A stretch of DNA of 64,000 nt from positions 7,594,201 to 7,658,200 of the forward strand of contig NC_092679.1 in assembly GCF_964355755.1 (NCBI RefSeq), given 5' to 3'. The DNA comes from Antedon mediterranea. Taxonomy: Eukaryota; Animalia; Echinodermata. The notes below the pieces were generated by a model. That model searched no databases. It was not told the DNA's origin and was given only the letters and a program-made list of their open reading frames with translations. Below, piece by piece: positions 39,993-53,299 of the stretch (within the stretch, counting starts at the first letter, position 1; each line of letters begins with the position of its first letter). The translations under genes and the position numbers were made by a program.

Positions 39993-40767
39993 GTTTATCT
40001 ATGTTTTGCGGTAGTATTAAATTATATTTATGGTAATAAATGAAACCTACTGTGTTTAAAATTATGTATGGATAAACAAGTATTGTTTTTAAGCTGTAGT
40101 ATATCTTAGTATTTGTAATCTTAGGTGTTGGGTCTTAGCTTTCGTGATCTTAGGTCTTAGGGGGTCTGAGCTTTCGTGGTCTGAGCTTTCGTGACACCCG
40201 TAGGTCTAAGCCTAGTAAGCCTGATAGTATCATGGTACAGTAGGTCTAAGCCTAGTAACCCTGATAGTATCATGGTACAGTAGGTCTAAGCCTAGTAACC
40301 CTGATAGTATCATGGTACAGTAGGTCTAAGCCTAGTAACCCTGATAGTATCATGGTACAGTAGGTCTAAGCCTAGTAATACCAATAGTAATTGTCATAAA
40401 GAGTACACTAGTGACTACCAGGTTGTACATGTGAAGTGATGAAATTTGTGACTATGAGTTGAGTTTGCAGTATTTAAGCTTACCATCTGAGCAAAAAGTC
40501 AACCGATAGACTACTTTAGACTAAAGATTTGATTTAAAGACTGGCTTAGCACATATACAGATGACGAAAACAAATTTTTCAAAAAACAGATGTTAAAATA
40601 AATGATGTAGTTGGTGGCTTTGTGTGTAACCTTCATCTCAAAGATGAAAGTCGCCATATGTGGTAGGTTCATGTGCAATGTAGAGCTTGCTTTATAGTAG
40701 GAAGAACATGGGCTTCTAATCACTCGACATCGCTGTTGTATACACACTGTGGTTGGTTAACAAAGTC

Positions 40768-41141
40768 ACTGTTTACACTCACATGTGTACACTGTTTACA
40801 CTCACATGTGTACACTGTTTACACTCACATGTGTACACTGTTTACACTCACATGTGTACACTGTTTACACTCACATGTCTACACTGTTTACACTCACATG
40901 TGTACACTGTTTACACTCACATGTGTACACTGTTTACACTCACATGTGTACACTGTTTACACTCACATGTGTACACTGTTTACACTCACATGTGTACACT
41001 GTTTACACTCACATGTGTACACTGTTTACACTCACATGTGTACACTGTTTACACTCACATGTGTACACTGTTTACACTCACATGTGTACACTGTTTACAC
41101 TCACATGTGTACACTGTTTACACTCACATGTGTACACTGTT
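40768..41141. repeat. 23-bp minisatellite CACTGTTTACACTCACATGTGTA, about 16 copies
   Basis: Direct tandem copies. Explains ORFs 40673, 40753 and 40785. Confidence 0.96.
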
Positions 41142-41979
41142 CAAGTTTTAACGGCAGCCTTATACACTGTACATTACGTATAAATATTATACAGTGCCCA
41201 GAGTCTGACGTCACAACTATTTTTATTTTGGAATCCATAGATTTCTAATATAACGATTCAATAAAGGCATTTCAAGTTTGATTATGGGTTTATTTAAAAC
41301 AAGCTATGGCTCCTGCAGAAAACAATCCTTAATCTTTAACAGACAGTTTCTTACAATATGGTAAGCATTATTCTCAGTGGATATGTTTTCAATGACAAAA
41401 CATGGCACAAATAAATAGATCTGTAGACAAAACAGGTGTGGGATCTGCACATACAAATTGCACGTACAAGTTACTTACAGTTACACATACAAGACTGGTT
41501 TGCAAGGTGTACTATGTTCAGTACAGCATGTGTAATGTCATAACTTCCAGAGCGGCGGCAGGTACAGTAGGCCTGCCGATTCAGCTTGACTCACCTCTGA
41601 GGGTGGTACAACAGGCTTAGCTCATTCGGTAGGCCTAGGAAGTGACTTAAACTTATAAGGTGTCTAACGGACACTAATGTCGCACAGGGATATCTCACTA
41701 CACATGCGGCAATTAATACACTCTAAGTGCCAGTCCCACTTCACCGTAGCAGGGAGACCCCAATGTATCGGTATCTTTCTATTTTAGGATCACCCTAAGA
41801 TATCAAATTGTAACGAATCCTTTCTCAACTAAGTCTGTCTATTCTTTCACGTAACTGTGATACTAGAATACAACACTTAGCTTCGTTCTTGTTTTTCTTT
41901 ATCTTTAGTAATTCCTCAGTAATTCCAGGAATGTCAGTTTCGTTTCTGTATTATACGTACACACACAACGGCGTTACAA

Positions 41980-44475
41980 AAAGAAATGATGACGATGTTA
42001 AGTGGATGTGTCTCACTTGAGGGCGCTCTGGTAATGGACTATACTATTATCTGACAGGGTGTGATATTTTAATGTATACTAATGTTCTTTCGTAATGTAT
42101 TCCGCTCTTCGGAGAAAGAGGTTTATCCAGCTAAGCGGCAATCATAGACTGCTAAGCGGCAATCATAGACTGCAAACGCCACTGTTTGTTTGTGTAATTG
42201 TAAGCACTAAATCAGTATGCAGTATGGATGTAAAAGAGAATACATCCCTGTGTATATAAGGACAAAGGAGCCATTATGTACAGCTTGTATTTTAGGAATG
42301 TTTATTTGTATTAAAAAGAATACATTAAGTATGGAATATATTCCCATGTAAACATTAATAACATTGTGTATGTTCAGTATGTACACATGAACTACTTACG
42401 TACTGTACAGCGTATATACAGAGATTATATACTTTAGTAAGAAAAAATGTACAACACAAAATATCAGACTTAGTTATTAACTAAACTTTATTATTTAGTT
42501 CTTAAAATAACTTTGACAAAAATGTCACTGTCAGCACAATGCTATCAATTATTGGAAACAGTTTCTGCACTTCTACTACAATCAGTAGATAAATCATTGT
42601 TAATTAATTAAACTTTAATATTATCTAAAGTTGCTAAATGAATGATAATTATTTCATAATTTGTACAAATTGTAAGAATAATAAATTGTGTTTTAAGTGA
42701 GTAAAATGCAGCAGACACAGTGTCGCTGTATTCTACTTTTCTCCTCGCTAAATCTGTTATGATTTATAGCATTTGGATGTTTTTTATCAATTTGAAATTT
42801 ACTGATAAACAAGCCATAACAGTTATTATTTTTTTAGTTTTAAAGAAAGTAAATTGTAGAGAATTATTAATATTATTTTTGGAATAGAATAGTTTCATTA
42901 AATTTGTTGGGTATTGTTGCTATAATTACTATTTATTGGTCTGACAGTGATTCCTTTGTTCTCGGTTGACAAACTAATGCATAATCAATGATTAACCGAT
43001 TGGTTATACGTCGTAGCGCCTGGAAGGTTGACGCCAGGCGTAAATTGTTAGGTGTGGCACTTTAGTGATCCAACCCTATCCCCCAAAACTAATTAAGAGA
43101 AAACCGTATTATTTAATATTAGAGATATAGGGGTTTCCCCTTGTGCAATCAGTGCCCATCATTCACAGTTGCGGATAGTTTCAAGATACAACTGTGTACC
43201 AATTAGGGAATACTGTGTCAATGTACTTTTTTAAGAAGCATTATTGAGTTAAGAGTTGTATTTCCCTTGTAAAAAGAGTTGTATTTGTAAAAAGTACAGA
43301 ATCATGTAGCAATTGAATTGATAGGTAATTGTGTTGGATGTGGATATTTCATCAGCTGCTGCTTTCATGTTGTCTCGATAGAATTAGGTTGATCCAAGGC
43401 TTGAAAAGAATTACTTCATGAAAGGTAATTTCAATTTTCCAGGTTATGTTTTGGAATCCAGGTAAGCTGAAATAAATATTACAATGTCATTTATGTAACA
43501 GTAAATTAGAAATTTACTGATTCCAATAAATGTTTAAAGACAGTTAATATTAAGTAATGTTTCACACTTAAGTTTGGTTTAAGTAAAGACATTTATTTGT
43601 CATGTTTTCACACTAAAGTTGGGTTTAGTGATTAATTCAATATGTGCTGTAAGTAATGTTTCACACTGAAGTTGAAGATTTATTGATTCCAATAAATGTT
43701 AAAACAGTTATTTACCTGATGTTTCATACTGTTTAGCGATTCCAATACAGTATATGTTATTTCTCATTTAAGTATCTATTTTATTAAAATGTTGATGGCA
43801 AGTCTAAGCCATTCATCCGTAGTTCTACATATTTCAAAATATAAACAAACGTTTTAATATTTTATCTTGGCTAGTTTGAATTCTTTAATAGCTCAATGAA
43901 AACAGTTTTCATTGAGAAACAAAGCGTTGTTGTGTTACGGACAATGCTTTCAAGATGACATCTTGCTACGATTTCAATTTCTTGGCTTGGAGAAACAAAG
44001 CATTGATACCTTGTATATTCAATTAAATGTTGTTACATGCAATATCATTTGCATGGTTGGAAAAATGACAAGGGAGATTATGAAATAGAATTAATATGAC
44101 TTATCAATAATTTAGCTGCAATGATATCTGATAATGAACTGTCATTTTCAGAGCTAAATAAACAATATAAATTGTGACATCTATTGTAATAACGTGGATT
44201 GTGACTCTGTATGCAGTTATAACTTTCAGTATTAGTTTAATGTCAAGATAATTGTAATTGGCAATATTAGAAAATTACGGAAAAATTTCATTCTATCGTG
44301 CCTAGCTTACCTGGATAAACCAACACTAGCCTCTCTCTCCGATGAGAGGTAAACATTACGAAAAGAAGAACATTAGTAACATTAATTTTTCCCCACCCCC
44401 GTCAGATAATGGGTCAGCCCGCCACCAGGACGCCCTCAAGTGAGACACACCTACTTAACATCGTCATTTCTTTTC
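41980..44475. repeat. Two diverged, oppositely oriented copies (about 41980-42140 and 44298-44475) of a dispersed repeat; partial copies at about 46448 and 53668
   Basis: GACGATGTTAAGT.G.TGTGTCTCACTTGAGGGCG and the TTACCTGGATAAAC..TAGCCTCTCTCTCCG motif recur. Confidence 0.6.
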
Positions 44476-46911
44476 GTATTGTAGATCTTAATTCAGTACA
44501 AATTAAAAGGGCAAAAATTAAGTATAAAAGTATATAGCCAGAGAGAAATGCCAAGTGTTCATAAAAAGTATTTGTCGGATCATGGAGGAATTATTTAAAA
44601 TATTAATTATCTAAATCCTCCATGGTAAAATAATTTCTGAAAGTTTTTCAATTATTTAAATTGCATTATAACCCCTATTAAACAGACCCAAAACATTAGT
44701 GTTAAGACATATATTTTCGTTCGTTCCTGTCATTGAATTGTGTCCCCTTAATAGAGGTCTCCTGAATAGAGGTGTCCCAAAGGAGGGTGTCTAATTTAAC
44801 ATATTAACAGTAACTACAAATTATTTGAATGCATTCCATACTGCAAACAGTAATAGCGCCCTCATGAGTGTCTTAACACCACAAATGGCAAGATCTATTT
44901 ACAGATAGGAAACTGAATTCTTTTGAATTAAGTCACTAAAATGACAGTCAACTGATTTTAATTGCAAGTTTCCAAAGGTAAAGTTTATTTTCATTTTTTG
45001 ATTCATACTGAAAAACATAATTATTGTTTTGTACGTGCGTCAGAACGAAGCATAAAGCGAAATATTCAGTGAACTTTTGTATGTGGCAATGTGCCAAGGT
45101 ATATGCGTTGTTGTGGTAGCGAAAAGCCACAGTCTTTGGAAGAACTTTTTGTACAGGTAAACTTTTTGTTGATATGAGTGGTGACAATTAAAGTAATTGT
45201 CCTTTATAATAAGTTAATTTATCTTTTGATTCATTTGGCAGTTTGCCATGGTATTGTCTGGTAGCCATTGTTTGTTTTTAAGTGTGTGGGCTTATTATTA
45301 ATAGAGAACTTTCTTTTTGTTTTGTTATTGTATCATGACAACCACACCTATTTACAAAGTTACAATCTTGTATTTTACATAGTTCTGTAAATTTACTTTT
45401 CAAATGATTAGTCAATAGTTTCAGAAGTTATTAGTCATTTTCAAAATAGTTTGTTCCAAAGACCATCTGTACAACACTACTGCTCATATAGTCGCACTGC
45501 TCCTATACTCGCATTGCATGTAATGTCGCCCTGCTCTTATAGTAAAACTGCTTGCATAGTTGCACTGCTCAGATAGTGACACTGCTGGAATAGTTACACC
45601 ACAGAGACTCCCTGGTTACACTAACTCCACTATTTACACTGTTTGATAGATAGAAACAGCGAGGAGTTTGAAACCAAATCAATCGAATAGTCTTTGTCTT
45701 TTTTTTACAAATTTTTCATGATGTCAATCAACCATTGTGTCCAGATATCATTATCAATAACCACTATGTCAAAGGGTCATGGTTATATATTCACAATTGT
45801 TACTATAGCAACTATATTATGAGACCAATTTGGCAGTATGCCATATTTTTAATCTAACATCATCTGCAGTCCTTTGTCTTTGTTGTATACCGTAATTGTT
45901 TTAGTTCTGATGTTTGTGAACCAACTATTGTTTGTTACCTGTCGATGGTATTCCAGCGGTTTTGTTTATGTTCCAGTATTTTGTGTATCCTTAATTTGTG
46001 TTAATAGTATAGTATCACACCAATTGAAAATCATACTTGCAATATGTTACAACTAATCTATACAGTTGTTTGAAATGATAAATAAAAACGCAATCATTAC
46101 AATATTATGATGAGTTCAAGTATTGGCATGTTGCCATAAGGGAGTTGATCAGTATGCATCCTTTGTGTGTGATAACAACTAGTCAGGTCCCACTGATGAA
46201 CTTTATACAGAGTTTGTTATGTAACAATTAGTCATCATGTGTGTTTACACAGTATATGATGTATTCAGTCAAAATGGCTTTAAATGTAATTGAAAAATGG
46301 CATAAGAAAGCACTTTAAACCATGTAATTAAATTATTATCCACTAATAACTAAAGTTCTTATTTAAGTGCTAAAAGATTGAATTGACAACTTTTAAAATA
46401 CATTACAAAAGGAGTCCAGGAAAATAACAAAGTTTATTTTGTGTCTAGGTTACCTAGATAAACAGACAATAGCCTCTCTCCCTGTGAAAAGAGGATACAA
46501 AATACAAAGGATTGAGCACAGCTATTGGATAATTGCAAGCCACTTGAAGATGCTCATCATCTTCTCATCTCTTAATGATACAGTACCTACTATTAAAAAT
46601 GAAATATCCATATATAGTAGAATTTACTTTCCTTACTGATGATTTTAAGAAGTGGGTCTTTCGACTATTACCGAAATACAAAAGATTACTTGCACAGACA
46701 AAGGTCACCATTTTCTGTTTTAAGCACTGTAAATAATTAATATTTATATAAAAACTACTAAATATGTATATATTCTACCGTTTGATTTGCATAAAGCATT
46801 CTTTTTGCCACTAATTTAACCCGGATTCAAAAGATCCGGAGTTGTCTGAAAATAAAAAACCACATTGGAAATGAACTGTAATTAACCTTGTAAACTAGTA
46901 CAAAGTGGAGC

Positions 46912-47358
46912 ACACTGCTGAACTTTCTTGTGGAAATGGACAGTTTTCAGAACTAGACTGATAAATGTTTAGAATGTGCACACTCTATTAAAGAAATGAG
47001 GTACTGTATCAGTAGTTTTACAAACATTTGTTTGTTAATGACATTTAATCGGAATAATGAGAGGGGAAGTCACAGATACTGGTACTGTACTACTGAACTT
47101 TCTTGTGGATATGGAAAGTCTTCAGAACTAGACTGATAAATGTTTAGAATGTGCACACTCTATTAAAGAAATGATGTACTGTATCAGTACTGTAGTTTTA
47201 CAAACATATGTTTGTTAATGACATTTAGTCGGAATAATGAGAGGGGAAGTCACAGATACTGGTACTGTACTACTACTGAACTTTCTTGTGGAAATGGAAA
47301 GTTTTCAGAACTGAGAATGTTTAAAATGTGCACTACTGTACATTAAAGAAATGATGTG
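46912..47358. repeat. About 180-bp tandem triplication (2.5 copies)
   Basis: CTGAACTTTCTTGTGGA.ATGGA.AGT.TTCAGAACT recurs at about 46918, 47093 and 47276. Confidence 0.85.
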
Positions 47359-48025
47359 CAAGATGTTAAGAAAGAATAATGTTGAATCATGTCTCAAGTA
47401 TTTAGAATACATTTTTCCTATGTTATTTTAACTTATTATCAATATCAGTATATAAAAGGGACACGGTGAGAACATAATATTGATAATATAGGAAAGGAAG
47501 AACTGAAACACCTACATGGACATGTGACCAAATTAGCGACAAGCGACCAAATGAATGACATGCAGCCAAATTAGCGCGGTCTCTCATGCAATTATAAAAA
47601 TGATGATATGGTATAAATCAAAGCTTATGCAGATGACAAGAATGTTATTTGTTACAAAATCATTTTACATACCTTGATCATGCCAAGCAAATGATATCAT
47701 TTATGATGGTGAATCATCGCAATTGTCAACTTTTAATATGTCAACTGCAATGCGAAAATATAATAAATCATTTATACTTTTTATTGAATAATGTTTCAGA
47801 GAAGGATGCAAGTTAATTTATGATCAATAAAAAATATGATTAATTAAGTGATATATAGCTGCGTTCTGTCATCAATATATTGTGAGTGAGAGTGGGATAC
47901 AATCTACCACTAATACATGCACTGTATCTGCTGGCACAGTAGTATACTGAAAGAAAATGTATAAAGTATTTTGTCTCTCTGTTGGTTAAAGTTCACAAGT
48001 ATAGATCTCTGAATTACCTGTTTAA

Positions 48026-48614
48026 AGGCCAGGTGACGTGCGGGCAAAACATTTCTATTGATCATACATTCCAATAATTATCGATCTATAGTTTCCCCTA
48101 TGTTTCATAATTTTTGGGATTTTATTTGTGTTACACGAGTTTGTTGAAAATAAGCACTTTCTTATCAGTGGGGGGATAGTTAAAATTACACAGTAAAATC
48201 TCTATTCGTTTGTACACACATTTTGTAAATAGAGAGTCATTTTAAAAAGCTATGAAAAATAAACGGTGTGGTAAAAAATGTTATCAGATGACTAAATATA
48301 GGTAATATAACTTGAATATTACATTTCTGATATTTTTATTCAACTTCAGATTTTTATTTTCATGCTATAGCAAAAATTATCCACCATATATCCACAATCT
48401 TTTTTCACCGTCTAGGGAGTCACCAGACATGTTATTACATTAGGTTAACTACCTAACTACTGAAAAAAAGTCTTCCTGGTTTTTATGGAAGAATTTTGTA
48501 TTTGACCATATTAAGTGAAATTCATGTTTTTTCGTCTCGATTTCTGTTACAAATATTTGATTTATGTACAATTAACCAAATATTAAATTTAAAATTCATG
48601 CCTGTACCTGAGCT
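48026..48614. mobile_element. Possible old Kolobok-like MITE (TTAA flanks)
   Basis: TTAA|AGGCCAGGT ... ACCTGAGCT|TTAA. The TIR is short and imperfect. Confidence 0.4.
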
Positions 48615-48854
48615 TTAATTAGCACTTGGCATGCTTTTAACATTTAAAAGAATTTCGTGCGGAAATACTGCGAGTTAATGTTAATAATGTTAACTATGTG
48701 TATCAATATGAGTTCTCTTTATTTTGGACTATTAATGAAGTAGTCCAAGAAGAGGATTGGATTTGTTGCTTCTATATTTTCATTAGTTAATGCATGCTTG
48801 AAGGAGAGGACATTAAGTCTGTGAACTAGATAAGAGCTAAGTTAGCTCTGAGGA

Positions 48855-49340
48855 GTCTGAACTAGAGCACATGTACTCTGTAACACAAAGTGAGTCAAGT
48901 CTGGACGTGAGCAAATGTACTTTTTTATGTAAAGTATTTGTTTGAACACTGGAGTAAATGCACTCTCTTTTTTAAAGTATTTGTCTGAACTGGAGTAAAT
49001 CCACCCTATCACAAAGTGAGTTAAGTCTGAACACGGGAGTAAAGGCACTCTCTTACGTAAAGTACTGTATTTGCACTGGAGTAAATGCACTCTCTTTTTT
49101 AAAGTATTTGTCTGAACTGGAGTATAATCCACTCTCTATCACAAAGTGAGTTATTTGGAACACTGGAGCATTAAATGCACTCACGTAAAGTATTTGGACT
49201 CGAGTAAATGCACTCTCTCTAGCACAAAGTGAGTTAAGTCTGAACTGGAGTAAATGCACTTGATTTAGAACAAAGTGAGTTAAGTCTTAAAACTGGAGCA
49301 TTAAATGCACTGTGTGACAAAGTAAGATAAGTCTGACCTA
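48855..49340. repeat. Degenerate tandem repeat, about 40-45-bp unit (ACAAAGTGAGTTAAGTCTGAACTGGAGTAAATGCACTCTCT)
   Basis: About 10 diverged copies. Confidence 0.8.
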
Positions 49341-50387
49341 ATGTAGAGTACTCTATGTACACGCTCTCTTTAGCACGATTCTCAATGTGAACATTCTTTT
49401 ACCCGAAGTTGTTGTATGTAAAGGATGATACTGTACTCTCTCATATTTTTACGATAGGTAGGTTTCTTAAGACTGCTGATGAATTTTTGGTTGCATGCAA
49501 CGCAACTTTACAGCTCACTATGTCGGTTGATTTGTCGGTTGGTAAACACTAACTTGAGCACGCGACTGCAGCCATGTATATGGCCTTGTTTTATTGCACC
49601 AATTTTAGTGATAATATCTTTATTTAAAATGATTAATTTTATTAACTTGCTCCTACTTTTTAATTGATGTCATCTTCATCAGCCTTTTAATCTTTTCATC
49701 CTTTACAAAACACATAATTATTGTCATTTTCGCAAATCAAATCATTCCATCCAACCAGCTATTATGTAATAATAGTATAGTAATAGTAATTAATATTAGT
49801 AATACTTCGGAAAACCTTAGTTTAGCACAACTTGACTTATCACATATTGATTTAGATTAATTAGGTTAGCTTTTGAAAAGAATCAATTGGCCTCCTAATT
49901 GAACTATTGTTATTTTGTTGGTAGTGTTACAAGGGTTGAGACAAAAATCACTGATGTGACATTGTTGTGACCATAGTCAATTGACTATGTTGTGACATAA
50001 TGTGACCTTAGTTATTTTGTTGTTACATAGGTTGTGACACCTATAGGTCATAAAATCATGTCAAATTATCAAGTTACGTTGGACTGTTGTGTTCCCACGA
50101 TTTAGAACCATCAAATCTCTATTTAAATGAACTTATACTACTATAGTGTTGCGTTACTCTGACCTTTATTGTGATGTGGTTCCTATTGTTCTATTGTTGT
50201 TTTTTTATTTAGTTTCTCAGCTTGGGATATACATTCCCTTTCCATAAGGAAGGAAGTGTTGGAATATCATATCATATATTTATCAGAAAGTGTTATGTAC
50301 CAATTCATTTGTTTAATTGTTGTTATTTGTGGTGTGAAATAGTCTAGTTACAATTTGTTTATGGACAACTTTTGTGAACTACCAAAA

Positions 50388-50690
50388 GCATGTGAGTGGC
50401 CAACCGGTTAAGACAGTGAAACCGTAATTATGTAGCCATAACACCGGCAAGGGTTCGAGCTGGCTCACTTGCTCCATGGTTCTGATGGTAAAACAAGTCT
50501 TCTTGATAAAGGACTATAAACCATTGGTCCAGTGTAGGCTACACATCTAGCTGATGTGCACTTAAAAGAACCTAGTATAGACGAGTAGCGTGTTACCCGA
50601 TGTACTATTACATCACAGCCACTGATCATAACTGGGCCCTCTGAGAGACAAGTTTTGACTGAAGAGGTCGCCCAGTATAAATAAATAATA
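50388..50690 (+). mobile_element. tRNA-derived SINE with Nin-like central domain
   Basis: A-box TGGCCAACCGG, B-box GGTTCGAGC, central GATAAAGGACTATAAACC..GGTCC.GTGT...GCACTTAAAAGAACC and an (AAAT)n tail. Confidence 0.7.
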
Positions 50691-52608
50691 TCAAATAATA
50701 TAACAAACACCTGTTTTATTTATGGGAATTAAACCTTTTTTTATTTGAACAATATTTAACAAGGATGGTCCATCCAACCGAATCTGATCATTAAGGACTC
50801 ATTCCAATGCTATTGTAAAAAGATAACATGAAAATATATCGAGTAACAACAACTAAAAATAAAAATAGGATTTATAAATGATGAAGTAAATGAAATAATT
50901 AATAAATAATAGAAATCTAGAAAAAAATTTAGATATTTAAATATTTTTGTTATTAACCCAGCAATACACAATTGATGTGACGCTGTATTACAGAATTTGC
51001 TTATGATGCTAGACAAATTAAACAGTATTGAGAGACAGAATCAACTATCTGTTAGGACAATGACACAAATAAGACATTGAACTCATATTGTAAACTGCTC
51101 GGCACCGTAAATGTTTGACCAATACTAGGTTGGATGATTATTACATTTATTGCCATTATAATTCAGTGATTTAATAATGTGTAATTGCATCTTAGCGGCA
51201 TATTCAAAAAGACCATTTAATTCAAAAAGGTATACTATGTGTACTTGAGGATTGATATAAAGCACTTTATAAAAGATTAATTTTAATAATGTACTGTGCC
51301 TTTTCTTTTCATAATTAAAATTAATTTATTGTTTCCCAAAAATGATTGTAGGCCGCCAGTGGAGAGTTTTTCTTCCAAAAAAAAGGAGCGTACAAACAGG
51401 ATTAGTTGCTTTATCAATTAGCATGTGCTTATATTGGGCGTAATGTACTATAATAGCAGTAAATATACAGTGCATACTTAAACTTTTGAAATATATATCT
51501 ATAGTCTATTGTATGCAAATGTTATGCAAATTTGCCCATTCAATGTGCTTAACGTCGTCCAAGTACTAAAATGTAATTTTTCTTAACCAGTGTGATCTGT
51601 GTCAATTATTAATTAAAAAATACTACAGTATACAGACCAGTCTTTCAAATTAAAGCGATACTGAATATTTAGAATTATTGTATGACTATGAATTAAACTG
51701 ATATTTTTTAGTGACTGGGATTATTTGGCCTCATTTTATCTAAATTATTATTAATAAGAATGAGATAAGATTTACCCTGAATCAACCAAAACCGAATTTA
51801 ATTTGTTGTTGTTGCCCAACAGCATAAATCTGGTTGGTCTGATAAATAGGAAATACACTTTTCACCATGCAGTTACCAGTTTTTATAAGGCCTACAAAAT
51901 AGCCATTTAGCTTTGCACCATTTCATTGTCATCATTACATTTAAAGAATGTCAGTGTAGTATCTTAACTTTACTGCACCTCCACAGAATTGTTATTATTT
52001 TTGTTATTCCAGCTATTTAATGACACATATTACCATTGCTGGTGTACGTTGCAATCCCACACTCTGTGTAATAGAGCCTCTATGTGGACTTCTTCTACAG
52101 CTATCATAACTATATTCATTTATCTATTTCATTTTTGCTTACTTCACCTGTTATAAGATTCACAGTGTCTGCATTGAATGCTTTGATGATTGCGTCCCGG
52201 ATTGCGTCTGCTGGTGATAATACCCCACCACTTGTTGCCTCTAGGCAAACACAGACCAACTGTTAAGCATCACAACTTGATGCATTTCTCAAAAACCGTC
52301 TTCCTCTAATGAAGACAAGGATGGAAGCTACATCCACACGGAGCCTCGTTTCCATCCAGTCTGCTGCCGAGATAAAATATTTTCAAAAATTGGTGTTGTG
52401 TTTTCAGTTAGAAGTGTTCACACATTACCGTACAAAACATGCGACAGCTAGAATAAACATTGCTTTAAATTAACTGTCTGTATTAATGATAATGATCTTA
52501 TCTTAAAAATGGGTGTAGTATTTACTATTAGAACTTTTTACACTAAACTCATTGAGGATTTGGTACAAAACATGTGATTAAAATATCCAGAACAGCCAGC
52601 CAGAATTA

Positions 52609-53299
52609 GGGTGTCACGAAACCTAAGACCACGAAAGCTAAGACCCCCTAAGACCTAAGATCACGAAAGCTAAGACCCAAGACCTAAGATTGCAAATTAT
52701 AAGATATACTACAGCTTAAAAACAATACTTGTTTATCCATACATAATTTTAAACATAGTAGATTTCATTTATTACCATAAATATAATTAAATACTACCGC
52801 AAAACATAGATAAACTCACATTATTTTCGCCCGTTGAGTAAATGTATATTTTTTCTTTACAACAAACAAACTTGACTGGTTGTTTGTTGGTAAATATTTA
52901 CTCCATTGTGTTGGTTCAGAGGATGTTTTTCTTTCGCACCTGCCTTTCTTGTATTTTGACTCCAAATTTGTTAACTGACTTTATTCTGAATATCACACTT
53001 TAAAATTAGGACTTATATAAGAACTTTCAGGAGGAAAAACACATAAAAACAAATAAATAAATCCTTTAAATTGATGTTTTTACAGACGTGTTTCTTAATA
53101 CTGTAACTCCTCATGCTCAATGTTTTTGTTTCTATGAAGCGCCAAAAGAGCAACAATAATAGTACAAGTATAAAAACCGAAAGAAAACGAAACAAAAAAA
53201 CTTATTATCATGATTTTAAATTACAATTTATTTGCGAGTATTTATTTCTTCGTACTAGCATGATTATACTATTATTATTACAATTTTAATTTTACATTG
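52609..53299 (-). mobile_element. One-armed sister copy of insertion 6, without the nested Academ-like and P-like elements
   Basis: Reverse complement of 40199-39993 + 38688-38482 + 34997-34690, read contiguously. Confidence 0.9.

Larger units (their letters stand above)
34311..40199. mobile_element. Insertion 6: foldback element (about 1.1 kb own sequence, 5.9 kb with nested inserts), TSD up to 10 bp GTAGGTCTAA (MULE-like)
   Basis: GTAGGTCTAA|GGGTGTCACGAAAGCTCAGACCACGAAAGCTCAGACCCCCTAAGACC... with an about 90-bp near-perfect TIR at 40110-40199|GTAGGTCTAA. Confidence 0.92.
24566..40378. repeat. 40-bp minisatellite CCTAGTAACCCTGATAGTATCATGGTACAGTAGGTCTAAG (about 66 units) fragmented into seven blocks by transposon insertions
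   Basis: Blocks are 24566-26039, 26834-27344, 29717-29751, 31813-31857, 32785-33186, 34265-34310 and 40200-40378. Register is restored when each insert plus one TSD copy is removed. Confidence 0.97.

Noticed and set aside
26040-40199. Autonomous transposase genes within the inserted elements
   Set aside because: Internal ORFs are at most 130 aa and show no DDE, THAP, Myb or other recognisable motifs.
24566-40378. CRISPR array or integron cassette array
   Set aside because: Repeats are head-to-tail without unique short spacers, inserts are TIR/TSD transposons, no cas or integrase gene is present, and the DNA is eukaryotic with spliceosomal introns.
40673-41248. His/Cys-rich ORFs as metal-binding proteins
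   Set aside because: They are the three frames of a stop-free 23-bp minisatellite.
41980-44475. Single 2.5-kb TIR transposon
   Set aside because: The arms are diverged, no TSD is visible, and parts of the same sequence recur singly at about 46448 and 53668, so they are better explained as dispersed repeats.
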